64,000 nucleotides of DNA from Veleropilina oligotropha (Eukaryota), in contig JBEUKZ010000038.1 of assembly GCA_048128005.1 (NCBI GenBank), positions 62,001 to 126,000 on the forward strand, written 5' to 3'. Position 1 is the first letter of the stretch, and the number at the start of each line of letters is the position of its first letter. The translations under genes and the position numbers were made by a program. A model generated the notes under the pieces. It saw only the letters and a program-made list of their open reading frames with translations, searched no databases and was not told the origin of the DNA. Below, one piece after another: positions 1-11,559 of this stretch.

Positions 1-270
1 GGGTATTCCAATTTGGTATGCAGGTTTATTGGGACATAAACTAGGATGCTATTGAATATCAGATTATTATGCCGAGTATTTGCACAGTTATCCCCCTTTT
101 TTTACATAGACTTTCCCTTTTCCGACATAAATATTTAGTTTATGTCAATTATCTTCATAACCTCACATCTGATATTGTTTGCATCTTGTGACTGTGTTGC
201 AAATAAAAAACAATGGGTCATGTTAAATTTTGCTAAAATTTTGCCAAGTATGTGCACAGTTATTCCCCTT
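1..270 (+). repeat. Degenerate tandem units of the HINE-internal repeat family seen at 24001-25329
   Basis: Repeated 'tttgcacagttatcccc' / 'tgtgcacagttattcccc' and 'tcttgtgactgtgttgcaaataa' match the ~145-bp units at 24100-25280. Confidence 0.55.
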
Positions 271-954
271 GATCAACTTAAACATGTACACTCTATCAAT
301 TACGACAAACCCGATGGGATAATGTGTGGCTCCCACACTTCTTGTTGAATTTGTGCAATCATCTGACTTTTGAAAAGAAATTCTGCTTGTTGAAATAATC
401 AGATGCACATTGATTATCATTTTAGTTAAAGTCAAATAATGGCTGTCATATGTGCTGCACAGTGCACCTCTCTTTGTGCAGAAGTTCTATGGAAGTAGTG
501 CAGGTCGAAAGCGCATCAACATCCAATTGGTAACTTTTGAACCCTTTGGTTTTGAGCATTGTCACGGTGTTCTGGAAGACAACTGGGTGATCTAGATGAC
601 ACCTTGTACCTATCGTATTCTGTCATTCTAGTTAAATGCAATGCATTGTTATCACTAAAATCCATTGTATTCAGGTTGTCATGGTATTTTGCGTAACATG
701 ATTACCCGATCTGTGAATGTTTGGGTTGATCCTGTGTCTTTGTCCGCTTTTCTAACAAGGCTGTTTTGCAAGATACCCTATTCAATCAGTATGTCAAGGG
801 CGGATCTCGGGTATAACAGCTGACAATGGGTGAGACAACGATTATTTGCTTTTCATTACTTATACATACTTATGTGACCTGGGGAGACACAGCATTAGAT
901 AACACCTTCTCTTTGAGGTTCAATAGGTACTCTTATCAGCTATGTTTACGAAGA

Positions 955-1175
955 TTCGTTGGTTGTCAATATTGTATTTTACGACCTCTTGTGACAATTT
1001 TTCAACCGTTTCGTAGTCTAGACATCCTGTGAAAGGTGTCGCTCCGATCTGACCGACATGCATTAAGGATATATACGCCTTCAATTATTTTCAGCAGTGG
1101 AACGAACCGCCGCTGGTCTTGAAACCGGGACCGCTGGTCTCGAGCCAACGAGTCACTCACCCTCCGATGCCGCTG
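955..1175 (-). mobile_element. Degenerate SINE, family 2 (related copy at 62945-63160)
   Basis: Shares 'tagtctagaca...tcgctccgatctga.cgaca...ggatat..gccttc' with 62995-63060; tRNA-like head is on the minus strand and is degenerate. Confidence 0.5.
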
Positions 1176-1367
1176 TATTCTAAGAAGACTGAAGTGTTGA
1201 TAATTATTGATCTTGGTAGTATTTAAATGTGTATATGTTTTTAGTGGTATTGGTATTATTTGATTGGTCAGGGTCTTATCTAATCCTGGTAATATTTGGA
1301 TATCGCATGGATTTATAGTTTATAACTATTAATGAATTATAGATTTTAAAAATTTCAAGGCCCATGT

Positions 1368-1642
1368 CAGGGCTCGAAATAAGCATGGTTTTACTTGTCT
1401 CAAACCAGTGATAATTACAGAAAAACGGTCATTTTTAACAAATGGTGGTCCAGCTGACCATTGATTTTTACAATACCCACTTACTATTAATTGTTATCAC
1501 ACACATTAGTACATTGTAAAGTTATTATTATAGCCTATATAATATCATTATTTTATGACCAGTGAATTTTAAATTTGACCATTGTTTAAAATTCCTGGTG
1601 GTCCATTGGACCAGTGGTTTTAAATTTGTATTTCTAGCCCTG
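1368..1642. mobile_element. hAT-like MITE
   Basis: TIRs cagggctcgaaata / tatttctagccctg; repeated subterminal 'gaccagtg/gaccattg' motifs; no clear TSD. Confidence 0.55.
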
Positions 1643-2608
1643 CTAATCTACAATTTAATTCTTCCAATCACATGTTCATAACTGTTATTCAATGTGCATT
1701 TTTCTCGATGCTGTTTTCGTTCCGTAACTTATTTTCACCATTTTAGCACCTTTGTGGTATCTCACTACCAGGCATCGTCTTCACAGGTGATCGAGCAATG
1801 CATCTTTCGGCGCCAACATTGGGTCTTATATCCATTTTAAGCCTGAAAACCTGTATCTACCCCTCTATTTTTCATGCTATCAGGCAAAAAAACTGTGGCT
1901 GCAGGTGGATTTCTCAAAATGCGTACTATGATAAATATAAAAACTATGCGGTAAAGTAAATATATGCTGAGCGTAACGTACATGTATATAGTTTTGTCAC
2001 TGATGATGCGCAAGGAATAATTTGAAATACATTTTGTCAGTAACTTTGTGTCAATTTTATTGGTGGTCTGGTCTGCCTTGATATGCTGTGTCTTTGCCTC
2101 TTTTAGACTGTTCGGTCTTATCAGAAAAGCTATTTTGGAACTTAAAAAGAATGAAAGACACAGTAATCGTTCATAACAGTTGGCTATAATGAACGAAGTC
2201 CGATAATGGACTATGTGTTGAAGCTGCCTTCAGTCACAAATGGGGTTTTGATGTTTTTGTTATCAATCATCTACGTGAGGTTTATATATCAACACAGCTG
2301 AAAATAGAGAGAACCTGTGCTAGTCTAGGTTAATAAATCGCACAACTGAGAAAGTTGAAGAAACAGCAGGGCTGAACTTAAAGAATGAGAGTGGTCACAA
2401 ATTTACTTCTGGTAACCTATTTTAAGACAGGTTACCAGCATATATTCATTTCATTACTTCTGTTACTGGTAGTCACCAAGAATGAACATTTAATTTTGTC
2501 TAATACTGTCTAAACCTGCACAAATTGACGAGTTAGTAATATTATGTATTTTAAAAGCATATTCCCTTTAAATATAACAAACATGCTCATTTGTATATTT
2601 ATAACATA

Positions 2609-2760
2609 GGCCATTAACGCTAACCAGAAATATGAGCGAAATCCATCATCGACTTGCTACCCACCCACTGATTACGTATAATATATATTATACGTAATCA
2701 GTGGGTGGGTAGCAAGTCGATGATGGATTTCGCTCATATTTCTGGATAGCGTCAATGGCC
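2609..2760. repeat. Near-perfect 152-bp spacerless palindrome
   Basis: Arms 2609-2684 and 2685-2760 are reverse complements (ccagaaatatgagcgaaatccatcatcgacttgctacccacccactgattacgtataatat|atattatacgtaatcagtgggtgggtagc...), with about 2 mismatches near the outer ends. Confidence 0.95.
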
Positions 2761-3469
2761 CGTGATTTATAAACATATATTTGACTAGTAAATTAATGCT
2801 ATAATACTATTAACCGTGTGGTAGCCGTGCCATGACGTACGCTTTGGAGACAATTTGATCGTGCAAATTTTGGAATATAAAACTTACTTTAATATTACTG
2901 ACAATTTAGCAGTAATAATAATATATTATATATATACATGCATGAATGCACATTTTCTTTCACTCAAGTTATAATATATTGAAACGGCGGTCGTTCGCCT
3001 GTCAACATCTTCCTACATCGATAAAATGTCGTTGGATTTATGCCAGTATTGATAAGCCAATCAAATTCGCCGGAATTACCGAAGCCCACAAATAGTACCA
3101 GCAATCTCGCATAACGTGTTTTTTCCACGGAAATAAGTACGAATTTGTTAATTTGAAAAGATCATGTCGTAAATAGCACACCGTGGCGCGATACAAACAG
3201 GAATCCCAAAACTGTCCGTTGCCGATATTTTTATGCCCGCGCCGAAGGCGAAAGGGCATATTGTTTCTGTACCGTCCGGCGTCCGACTTCAACAATTTGG
3301 TTAAAGTTTTTCGTTGAGTGTATATGGGTTGTCCAAGGGACTTTTTAGTGTATGCATCAGCATGCTTTGTTATAGGTTATATGGATATCATCTGATACTC
3401 TGTCAATGATATTTAATAATATTTTATATAATTAATGAAAATATGATGGTCTCTTTGGACATAGAAGTT

Positions 3470-3863
3470 TATACCGTTACGTAAATGAAGCGCGCACTTT
3501 AACTGCACTTCATTTGTAATTGCACTTAAAAAATTAGATGCACTTCATCTGCGCTTCGAATACTTAACTTTTTACAACATGCACTTCAATTGCCCTTTAA
3601 AAACTTTGCAGATTTGAGATAGCACTCCAACTGCGCTTCAAATACTTGGAACTTTTTACAATGTGCACTTCAACTGCGCCTTAAAAACTGTGTAGATTTC
3701 AGCTAGCGTTTCTAATACTTTAAATTTGCAATGTTCACTTCCAAAACTGTTGAGATTTAAGATAGCGCTTCATTTGCGCTTCCAATACTTCAATATTGCC
3801 AACTGTGCGCTTCATCTGCGCTTCAATTGCACTTCATTTGCGCTACTTTTCGGTAAGGGTATA
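3470..3863. mobile_element. MITE nested in HINE
   Basis: Inverted ends tataccgttac / gtaagggtata; interior built from 'gcacttcaa/gcgcttca' short repeats. Confidence 0.5.
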
Positions 3864-4389
3864 GGTGAATTTTAGGTTAAAGTTTTTGGTGTCTGCTCTA
3901 CAGTGAAGAGTTCTATTCCGATTTCATTCAAATTCGGTATGCACGTTCGTAACGATTTTCGTCGTTTTCGGATTCAAGATGGCGTGACCATTTTCTTTTG
4001 AGGAAATTTCTTGTGTGTGCTCTACAGTGAAGAGTTCTATTCCGATTTCATTCAAATTCGGCATGCACGTTTGTTATGATGTGGACACGCCGACTAACGA
4101 TTTTCGTCGTTTTCGGATTCAAGATGGCCACCGTGGCAGCCATTTTGTTTAGAAGATATTTCTTGTGTCTGTTCTACAGTGAAGACTTCTATTCCGATTT
4201 GATTCAAATTTGGTATGCACATTCATTATGATGAGGACACACCGCCTAACGATATTTGTCATTTTTGGAGTAAAGATGGCCGCCGTGGTGTCCATTTTGT
4301 TTTAAAGATATTTCTTGTGTCTGCTCTACATTGAATAATTCTTATCCGATTTCATTCTAATTCAGTATGCACGTATGTTATGATGATGA

Positions 4390-4645
4390 TGAGGAATTAT
4401 GCTTAATGTCCTGTATATTTATAACATAGAGGTTCAAGGCAGGACATGTCCATGTTATCGCTGGAGGAAACCCCGGTCGCCGGGTAAACCCGCCCTCTTC
4501 GGCCAGTCACGGACAACTGTGCTTCATAACTTGAACAAATGTGTGCTGCCTCAGCCGGGGGTCGATCCCACTACTGTTCGCGTCAGCGGAAACAAGCCAG
4601 TGAATTTAGAGTGGACACTCTACCCACTGCGCTACCGAAGCGGCC
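4390..4645 (-). mobile_element. tRNA-derived SINE, family 1
   Basis: Reverse strand reads ggccgcttcggTAGCGCAGTGGgtagagtg (A box) ... GGATCGACCCC (B box); 5 other copies in the window; flanked by tgttatgatga duplication. Confidence 0.85.
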
Positions 4646-6667
4646 GGTTGTTGTTATGATGAGGACACGCCGTCTTACTATTTTCTTCATTTTCGGATTC
4701 AAGATGGCCGCCATCGTGGTCATTTTGTTTTAAATTATATTTCTTGTGTCTGTTCTACAGTGAAGAGTTCTATTCCGATTTGATTCAAATTCGTAATGCA
4801 CTTTCATTATGATGAGGACATGCTGTTTAACGATTTTCGTCGTTTTCGGATTTAAGATTGCTGCCATGGTGGCCATTTTGTTTTGAAGATATTTCTTGTG
4901 TCTGTTCTGCAGTGAAGAGTTCTATTCCGATTTGATTCAAATTCGGTATGCACGTTCATTATGATGAGGACACGCCGCCTAACGAATTTTGTCGTTTTCA
5001 GATTTAAGATGGTCGCCGTGGTGGCCATTTCGTTTTTAAGATATTTCTTTTATCAGCTCTATAGTGAAAAGTTCTATTCCGATTTCATTCAAATTTGGTA
5101 TGAACGTTCGATATGATGAGGACACGCCGCCTAACGATTTGGCCATTTTGTTTCGAAGGTATATCTTATGTGAGCTCTGTAGTGAAAAGTTCTTATCCTA
5201 TTTCATTCAAATTAGATATATACTTTGATGACTGTGATGCCTCTTATTGATTTTCGTCGTTTTTATTAAAGATGGCCACCATGGTGGCCATTTTGTTTTA
5301 AAGAGTTTTCTTGTGTGCGCTCTATTGTGGAAAGTTCTTATCCGATCTCAATCAAATTCGGTATGGATGTAATTATTATGAGGACACGCCGTATAACGAT
5401 ATTCGTCATTTTCGGATTCAAGATGGCCGCCGTGGTGGCCATTTTGTTTTGAAGAAATTTCTTGTGTGCGTTATACAGTAAAAAGTGTTCAACCAATTTC
5501 ATTCAAATTTGGTTTGTTTCAAGAGATTTAATTCTGTTGGATTTTTTTTATCAATGAGTGCATTACTGCATACATGAGCTTGGTTGTTAGCCACCTTTTA
5601 CTCTTGCAGTTTATTTATGGAATTTAATATAACATATTAAGCCACCACGCGGGCATTCTTGTGGCCTGCCACAACGTTTTTCTAGTTATATATGCTTAAG
5701 GATTGGAGTCATTTCAATGGGTCAGTTTAGGATGCAGGGTTAGCTCTGCCATGCGCCAAATTCGCCAATGAATTTAGCTTAACTTCGGCGAATAAAAAAT
5801 CTGGTTGTCGAATTTATTATTTTGATAGTTTATCTAAACAAAATGTTATCAAAACGAATGGAAGAAATACAGTGAACATAAAAACATTAGAACACCTGAT
5901 GAAAATTTCATTAAATGTTGACCTTGACAGGCTTGTCGATCTTGAATATTCTTTTAGAAGTGGTCAACCATGAAGAAACCCCGATTTCTCAAGCTGCTGA
6001 TAGTTTGACGATGTGTAATATTGAAAAAACTTTCATATCATAAAAAGTTCTTTTAATTGTCATACTCAATGATCTTCATCGTTATTAGAAATCGGGCGAC
6101 CTATGCGTAACCCAAACGACCGTTCGCCAGTTAAGTTCAACGCTGAAACAGCACTGGTAAACGGTGCCGCTATAAATTTATTTTAGTTTCTAGGTATTGC
6201 AACAAGGAATTTAAAATGTATTGCTTATCGCATTATGTTTAAGCCGAAGATGGATCCCTATAATATATATTGACGTGCCAATTTTCTTCCAAAAGTAATA
6301 TTAACTAATATATACTTGGTATGCATAACATAAGATTTTGGCTCTTCCGCAAATTTGTTTTTAGACCAAAATCCTTCTTTTGGGTTAAACTTTTCTTTGT
6401 TCCAATATAAAGCTTGTCTGGAGCTAAGCTATTACAGAATAGTATCCGCATCCGTGCGTCCTTCCATCCGTCCGTCCCTGATTTTCTCACATCTTGTTTT
6501 GCCATATAGAGAAATGCGAGCTTTCCGAAACTTGACAGATGAACTAACCACATCATTGGGTAGATCAAGTTCGAATATTGGACATGCATTTTGAAAACAT
6601 ATGGGTTTTTTGGTGACTTTTCAGGACGTTTGAACATAGTCTCTGGGGGCATGGATGTGATTTTCAA

Positions 6668-7340
6668 TTTTTGTCTCGCCCGTAGGGAATGAGACATAGG
6701 TATTGCTTTTCCTCCTCACCCCCCCCCCCCCCCCCTCATGCTCACCCCCCCTCATGCTGTGCATACACAAAGTTTAATTATGCCTTGAAATATTGAGGGT
6801 AGAAAAGAAACAGAGATATTTTTGTAAGTCTTATGTGTGTATGATGAAAGGGACATGTGTTCATCTGTAAGACTTGCTCACTGCCAATAGGCACAGTAAG
6901 CTGTTAAGCTTAATGGTCTCTGTGAAGCTGGGATTCTCAAAACCAGATGGATTTTGAAAACTGGCTTCCCCTCTGGTTTATTCCATGGGTATCTTGAGAT
7001 GGCAGTGTATATTGTCATTACAAGAACAGACTGTATCCAGTGTCTAATATCACTCTCCTCAGCTGGTCAAGGTTCAAGTCATTGTGTCCCCTGACAATAG
7101 GCCAGGATACTATGATTTTGTCATGGTTTAGCCGCTGCAAATACATTTAATCTCGAGTATATAATAATAAGATTTTGTCTTAATTTCTGTTTTTCTGAAA
7201 CTTGGTCTTACAAGAACTATATTAGGATCAGCACTGCATAGGTAGTTTTTCTGAATTCTTGCTTTGCAAACTGAATATGTGGCCCCTTTCAAGGTAAGCC
7301 GGAGTGGGCGAGACATATAATTCTGCGGAATTTCTTGTTT
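6668..7340 (+). mobile_element. Nested HINE-like element
   Basis: subTIRs tgtctcgccc (6672) / gggcgagaca (7306); 3' hairpin and cttgtt end; interior 6770-7070 matches 28505-28840. Confidence 0.65.
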
Positions 7341-7489
7341 TCATATTGAGAATTTCTGGCTTTCTGAAACTTGACTGATCAATTAATCACATCATTGGGT
7401 AGATCAATTTCGAATATTGGGAATTTATTTTGAAATTTTTAAATATTTTCGTGATATTGAATAGTCTCTGAAAGCATGGATGTTATCAA

Positions 7490-7640
7490 TTATTTGTTCA
7501 AGTTATGAATCACAGTTATACAACTGGTCCAAGAGGGCGGGCTTTCCTCCCGCGATAATACGGACATGTCCTGGTTTGAACCTAAATAAGTTGGAAATAT
7601 ACAGGACAATAAGCATTGATCCTTTCCTTTTTCCTTTTCG
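7490..7640 (+). mobile_element. 5'-truncated family-1 SINE
   Basis: atttgttcaagttatgaatcacagtt...ggaaatatacaggaca matches the SINE 3' half at 44080-44245. Confidence 0.75.
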
Positions 7641-8343
7641 AATATGGGGAATGTTTTTTTTAAATTGATGGATTTTTTGGCAATTTTATACATAGTCTCT
7701 GCAAGCATGGATGTGGTCAATTTTCTCACATGTCCTTATTTCATTTACAGAGGTGCTAGCTTTCTGAAACTTTACAGATCAACTAACCCCATCATGGGGT
7801 AGATCAAGTTCAAATATTGGGGATTTTTTAAACCTTCAAGGCTTGATTTAATGCTGAATTTTGCTGATTTAAAACATAGTCTCTGCCTGTATGAAATTTA
7901 TCAATTTTCTCACAACTAAATTTTCCATTTAGAAAAATGTTAGCTTTTTGAAACTTCACAGACCAACTAACCACATTGTGATAATGGGATGGGTCAAGTT
8001 CGAATAATGAGAATTATTTAATTTAAGTATTTACACTTAGTCTCGGGGTGCATATCTATCTCTGTAGCCTCTTGTGGCTGGAAATCTTGCTTAATTAATG
8101 AATTCTCATTGAGTTACTGAATACACAGCGGGCAAAAATATATATGTGGTCAATAATACAGGTGGGGGACAATCGCCACTTGCAATCACTTGGTATTCTT
8201 CACTTGAACTCTGGAAATTCCAGGAATATGATTTTCACATATTGCCGCCTGTGTGCAAACACGCATTGAACTAGCTGTAACCGGGATATTTTAGAGTTAA
8301 CAAATAACAATGTCAATGTAAGCAACAGACAATATGTAGTTAC

Positions 8344-8552
8344 AAACATACTTACGTCCTTACTCTTGCCATAATAGTCATATTATCGCCAACCGGAAAC
8401 AGTGAATAAAGTCACATTTAGGCACTCCTTTTAAGTCAAAAACACTACGATTACCTCCCCTGCTCCACCTCTCCTAAGTTCCCCCAGCGAGATCTCGCCA
8501 AGTCTCGCGAGACTTCCGAACCATCGAAGTCACAAGACCTCAATTCAAAGTT
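8344..8552 (+). repeat. DIRS left inverted terminal repeat
   Basis: Reverse complement of 16615-16823 with about 3 mismatches. Confidence 0.95.
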
Positions 8553-9276
8553 TTCCGCCGAGACGGAAAGACGTGTTTTTTGCTCCGCAAATATTTCGAA
8601 TGTCCGCTGGTTTATACGTTAAATCTAGGACGCTATAAACCTTATATTAGAATAATATAAGTTGTGGAATATACCCTGTGTTGTGGATAACAAACACAAG
8701 TGAATATAAGATCTATTTCTACGACTTCAAGAAAAGTTGTGAAAGAAATCAAGTGAAACCTACATCGCCGCTGTTGCAGGGAAAAGCATGGCCGCTTAGA
8801 GGGGAAGTTTCGTGTAGTAGAAGAAATTCTGGTTGGTATTTTTATCTGATATTGTTTGAGACTGCAAACAGGCAACTCATTATATTGGATAATTCCTTAA
8901 CGACGCTTATTGCTGGTAATTTTGTATAAAAATTCTAGCGCCGTTAATAGGCAGGATTGTTTAGATATCACTTTTAGTTATTCTGATATCCTGTCGTTGC
9001 TGGGATAATACGCCATTGTACTAACTTAAAAACATCCACGAGGTTTTCAGGTGTTTTCCTGGGCGGTTTTTTCTAAGAAAGAACCCCCGTTTGTTTAGTC
9101 AATCAGCCGGGTTTATTAACCGGCCTCTGTGTCCCCAGTTCGGGGTTATTTTGCGGTATATCGCTTGATCTTTGATCTTCAGATCAGGGCAATTTAAAGA
9201 GTTGTAGTAGTAAAAAGTCACAACTACCAAATATATACCTATTTATCTACCCCGTCCACCCTCCCGTGTATCAGCT

Positions 9277-11525
9277 ATGGTCCGGTGCAGTAACTCAGGG
9301 TGTCACCAGAAGATCCACGGGTTTGATAAGCACACGGAATGCCGCGTTCATCGTAATTGTACTCGTAAGTATCAATGTGAACTGTGCTTAGGTTTTTCAG
9401 AGAAGCAGTGGGCGATTCTTTTCCCTCCGGTGAAGCTGACCAGGGCGGCTGCCACGGTGGGTCCTCCCCCGGAGAAGGGACAGGAAGAGACGAGTAAGTT
9501 AAGGGATAACGTTTCTTCTTTGTCTGCTTCAGGGACGCTGGACGACAGCCGACGTAAGGTGCCGTCTGTTGCCGGATCTACCGGCGAAACCTCCGCGACT
9601 CATGGGGGAGTCGCCGAAACCTTGCCGGGAACCCAGATTCAGGTAACAGCCCGAGTGCAGACCGTTACTCCTCCAATGGGCCTAGTAGCTGCAGCCAACC
9701 ATACCTTGCCGGCTAGCAAGGTATATCTGGCAGCGCAGCGAACAGCTGAGCAGGGCAGACGTTCCCCCTCCTATTCTTCGGCCTCGAAGAATCCGGGGAA
9801 CGTTAGTCCTTCTGCGGGAAACTCTCCGTTTAACGACGGGGAGCGACCCAATGAGAAAGCCTTTAAAGAGGCCGGACACCATTTCGATGGTCTAAGATCC
9901 GGACAATTGGCGACACCTGAATCCTCGTTCGAGACCGACGCGACTACCCCGAGGGGTTTTCCGCTCAACCTCGATGCTCACGAGTCTTTCAGAGGGCCCG
10001 GTCTCTCCCGTGCACCCACGATGGTCACGCTAGAGAACGAGGACAGACCGGCTGCGTTCGGTGAGGGGTTCTACGGCGGTTTTCCGACCGTGCCTCTCGC
10101 GAACAGAGCGGTAGACCGATACGGACTGTTGCCGCAGTCCTACCGGTCGTCCGGCCCACTGACTGCGCCTTCGGGCCAGTCGTTCGGGTTCGACCGCTCG
10201 ACACGTGACCCGAGACCCTGGTTCTCGGGACCACCTGTCCGTGCAGCCCGTCTACCTAGCGCCACGGTATCCTCGACAGAACTACCGGCTGTTAGTTCGA
10301 CGCCCGTCCTGCCTCAGGGTTTCTCTTTGGAGAACGTCCAGGCATGGATCGCGGCGGGGTTCGAGGAACAATGTAAGGCCTGGCCGACGGCTCCCCAGCC
10401 GCGCCTGGTACCTACATATCTGCCCCTGGCGCAGAGCACGGCTCCTGCCTCCGTGATGGAGATCGACCCTCGTTCCGACGAGGACCTCGGTTCTAATCAC
10501 TCCGACCTCCCTGAATCGGTCGGGCCCGAAGACGCAAGTCTTTCAGGCACGCAGGAGCCGACCTCCTCCACCCGCCGAAGGCTCGACGCCGTTGCGTCAC
10601 TTCGCGGGGTGCTTGGCCTGCCGGAACCGACTCGGTCGGCCGTAGGTTCAGCTAAGCACAGGACGGCAGCACATCGGTTTGTTGAGAGGAAAGCCCCCGT
10701 GCTTCCCTCCTTACCTCAGTCTGGGCTGGTCGATCTGGTGGTCGACTCGACGACCAAGCTCATACAGGGGCGCAATCCGGTGGAGTCCTCCCCGCTGACC
10801 GAGTTCCCTTCGGGGTTCCGTAGTGGGAGGTACCTCCGGGCCAGTACGCGAGCGATCCCATTCGCCTGTACTGGTCCGTGCCTGGCGACTGAGCCGGCTC
10901 ATGTAGACGCAGCGTTGCGTCGACTGACCGCCAGTCACACTCCCTCCGTGGCGAAAGTTCCTTGGTCCGCCTTGGAAGCTTTCGAGAGCGCCGCCCGACG
11001 GGCTCTGCGGTTGTCATCCGTTCAGGATTTTTTCCTGGACGGGGCGATAGCCGTACTACAGGAGGAAGGACCCGGCGCCCACGAGGCTGCCCTGTCCTTC
11101 CTTCAGGAGGTTGCTGCCGCACAGGAGACCAGCGCGTTGGAGACGGGACGTGTCCTGGGCAATGCACTCCTACTTCGTAGGGATGCTTGCCTGGAAGGCA
11201 CCTCGCTAGACGAGGCCACCCGGCGCTCGTTGCGATGCGTGCCTTGCTCGGCCACCACTCTTTTTGGCGACAACTTTACGGAGTTTGTCGACAAGAGAGC
11301 GGCGGACATGAAGGACCGTGCCATCGAGAAGGCGGTACTGCACCCCGTTCGGGGTCCACCTGCCGATCGAGGAAGCGCTCAGGGCCCACCCGGACCCCGA
11401 AGCCTTCCAAGCGTGCGAAGCCCTCTTCGGGTGGTAGGCCTCCGGCCAATAAACCCACTCCGACGAGGCGAGCACCTCCAGCGAAACCCCGTAAGCAGAG
11501 CGGGAGAGGGAAGCCTCGGCCCTAG
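9277..11525 (+). CDS. DIRS ORF1 (gag-like) with N-terminal Cys/His zinc finger; probable frameshift near 11340-11370
   Basis: MVRCSNSGC...DKHTECRVHRNC...CELC; C-terminal helical region (LLLRRDACL...LFG) typical of DIRS gag; the basic tail RKRSGPTRTPKPSKRAKP...GRGKPRP* lies in the -1 frame and ends at 11525. Confidence 0.8.
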
Positions 11526-11559
11526 GGCTGCCGGCATTTGCGACGGTCCCAGCTGCCCG

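Larger units (their letters stand above)
3228..5687 (+). mobile_element. Helentron-associated (HINE/pearl-like) non-autonomous element with internal ~152-bp tandem array
   Basis: 5' T-run + subTIR atgcccgcg + cgtcc motifs; array of 'tctacagtgaagagttctattccgatttcattcaaatt' units at 3890-5510; 3' subTIR cgcgggcat (5648), hairpin ttgtggc-ct-gccacaa, terminal ctagtt. Confidence 0.8.
2367..6145. mobile_element. Non-autonomous hAT-like element with 6-bp TSD, carrying nested insertions
   Basis: TIRs cagggctgaactta (2367) and taagttcaacgctg (ends 6145) match at 12/14; flanked by aaacag (2361-2366, 6146-6151). Confidence 0.55.
6440..8092 (+). mobile_element. HINE-like element with tandem units; hosts a nested HINE and a SINE fragment
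   Basis: (cgtc)n-like microsatellite at 6450-6478; repeated 'ctttctgaaacttgacagatcaactaaccacatcattgggtagatcaagttcgaatattgg' units; boundaries approximate. Confidence 0.55.

Noticed and set aside
4390..4645. tRNA genes at the SINE heads
   Set aside because: A and B boxes are present but there is no complete cloverleaf; a shared non-tRNA body, tails and TSDs identify them as SINEs.
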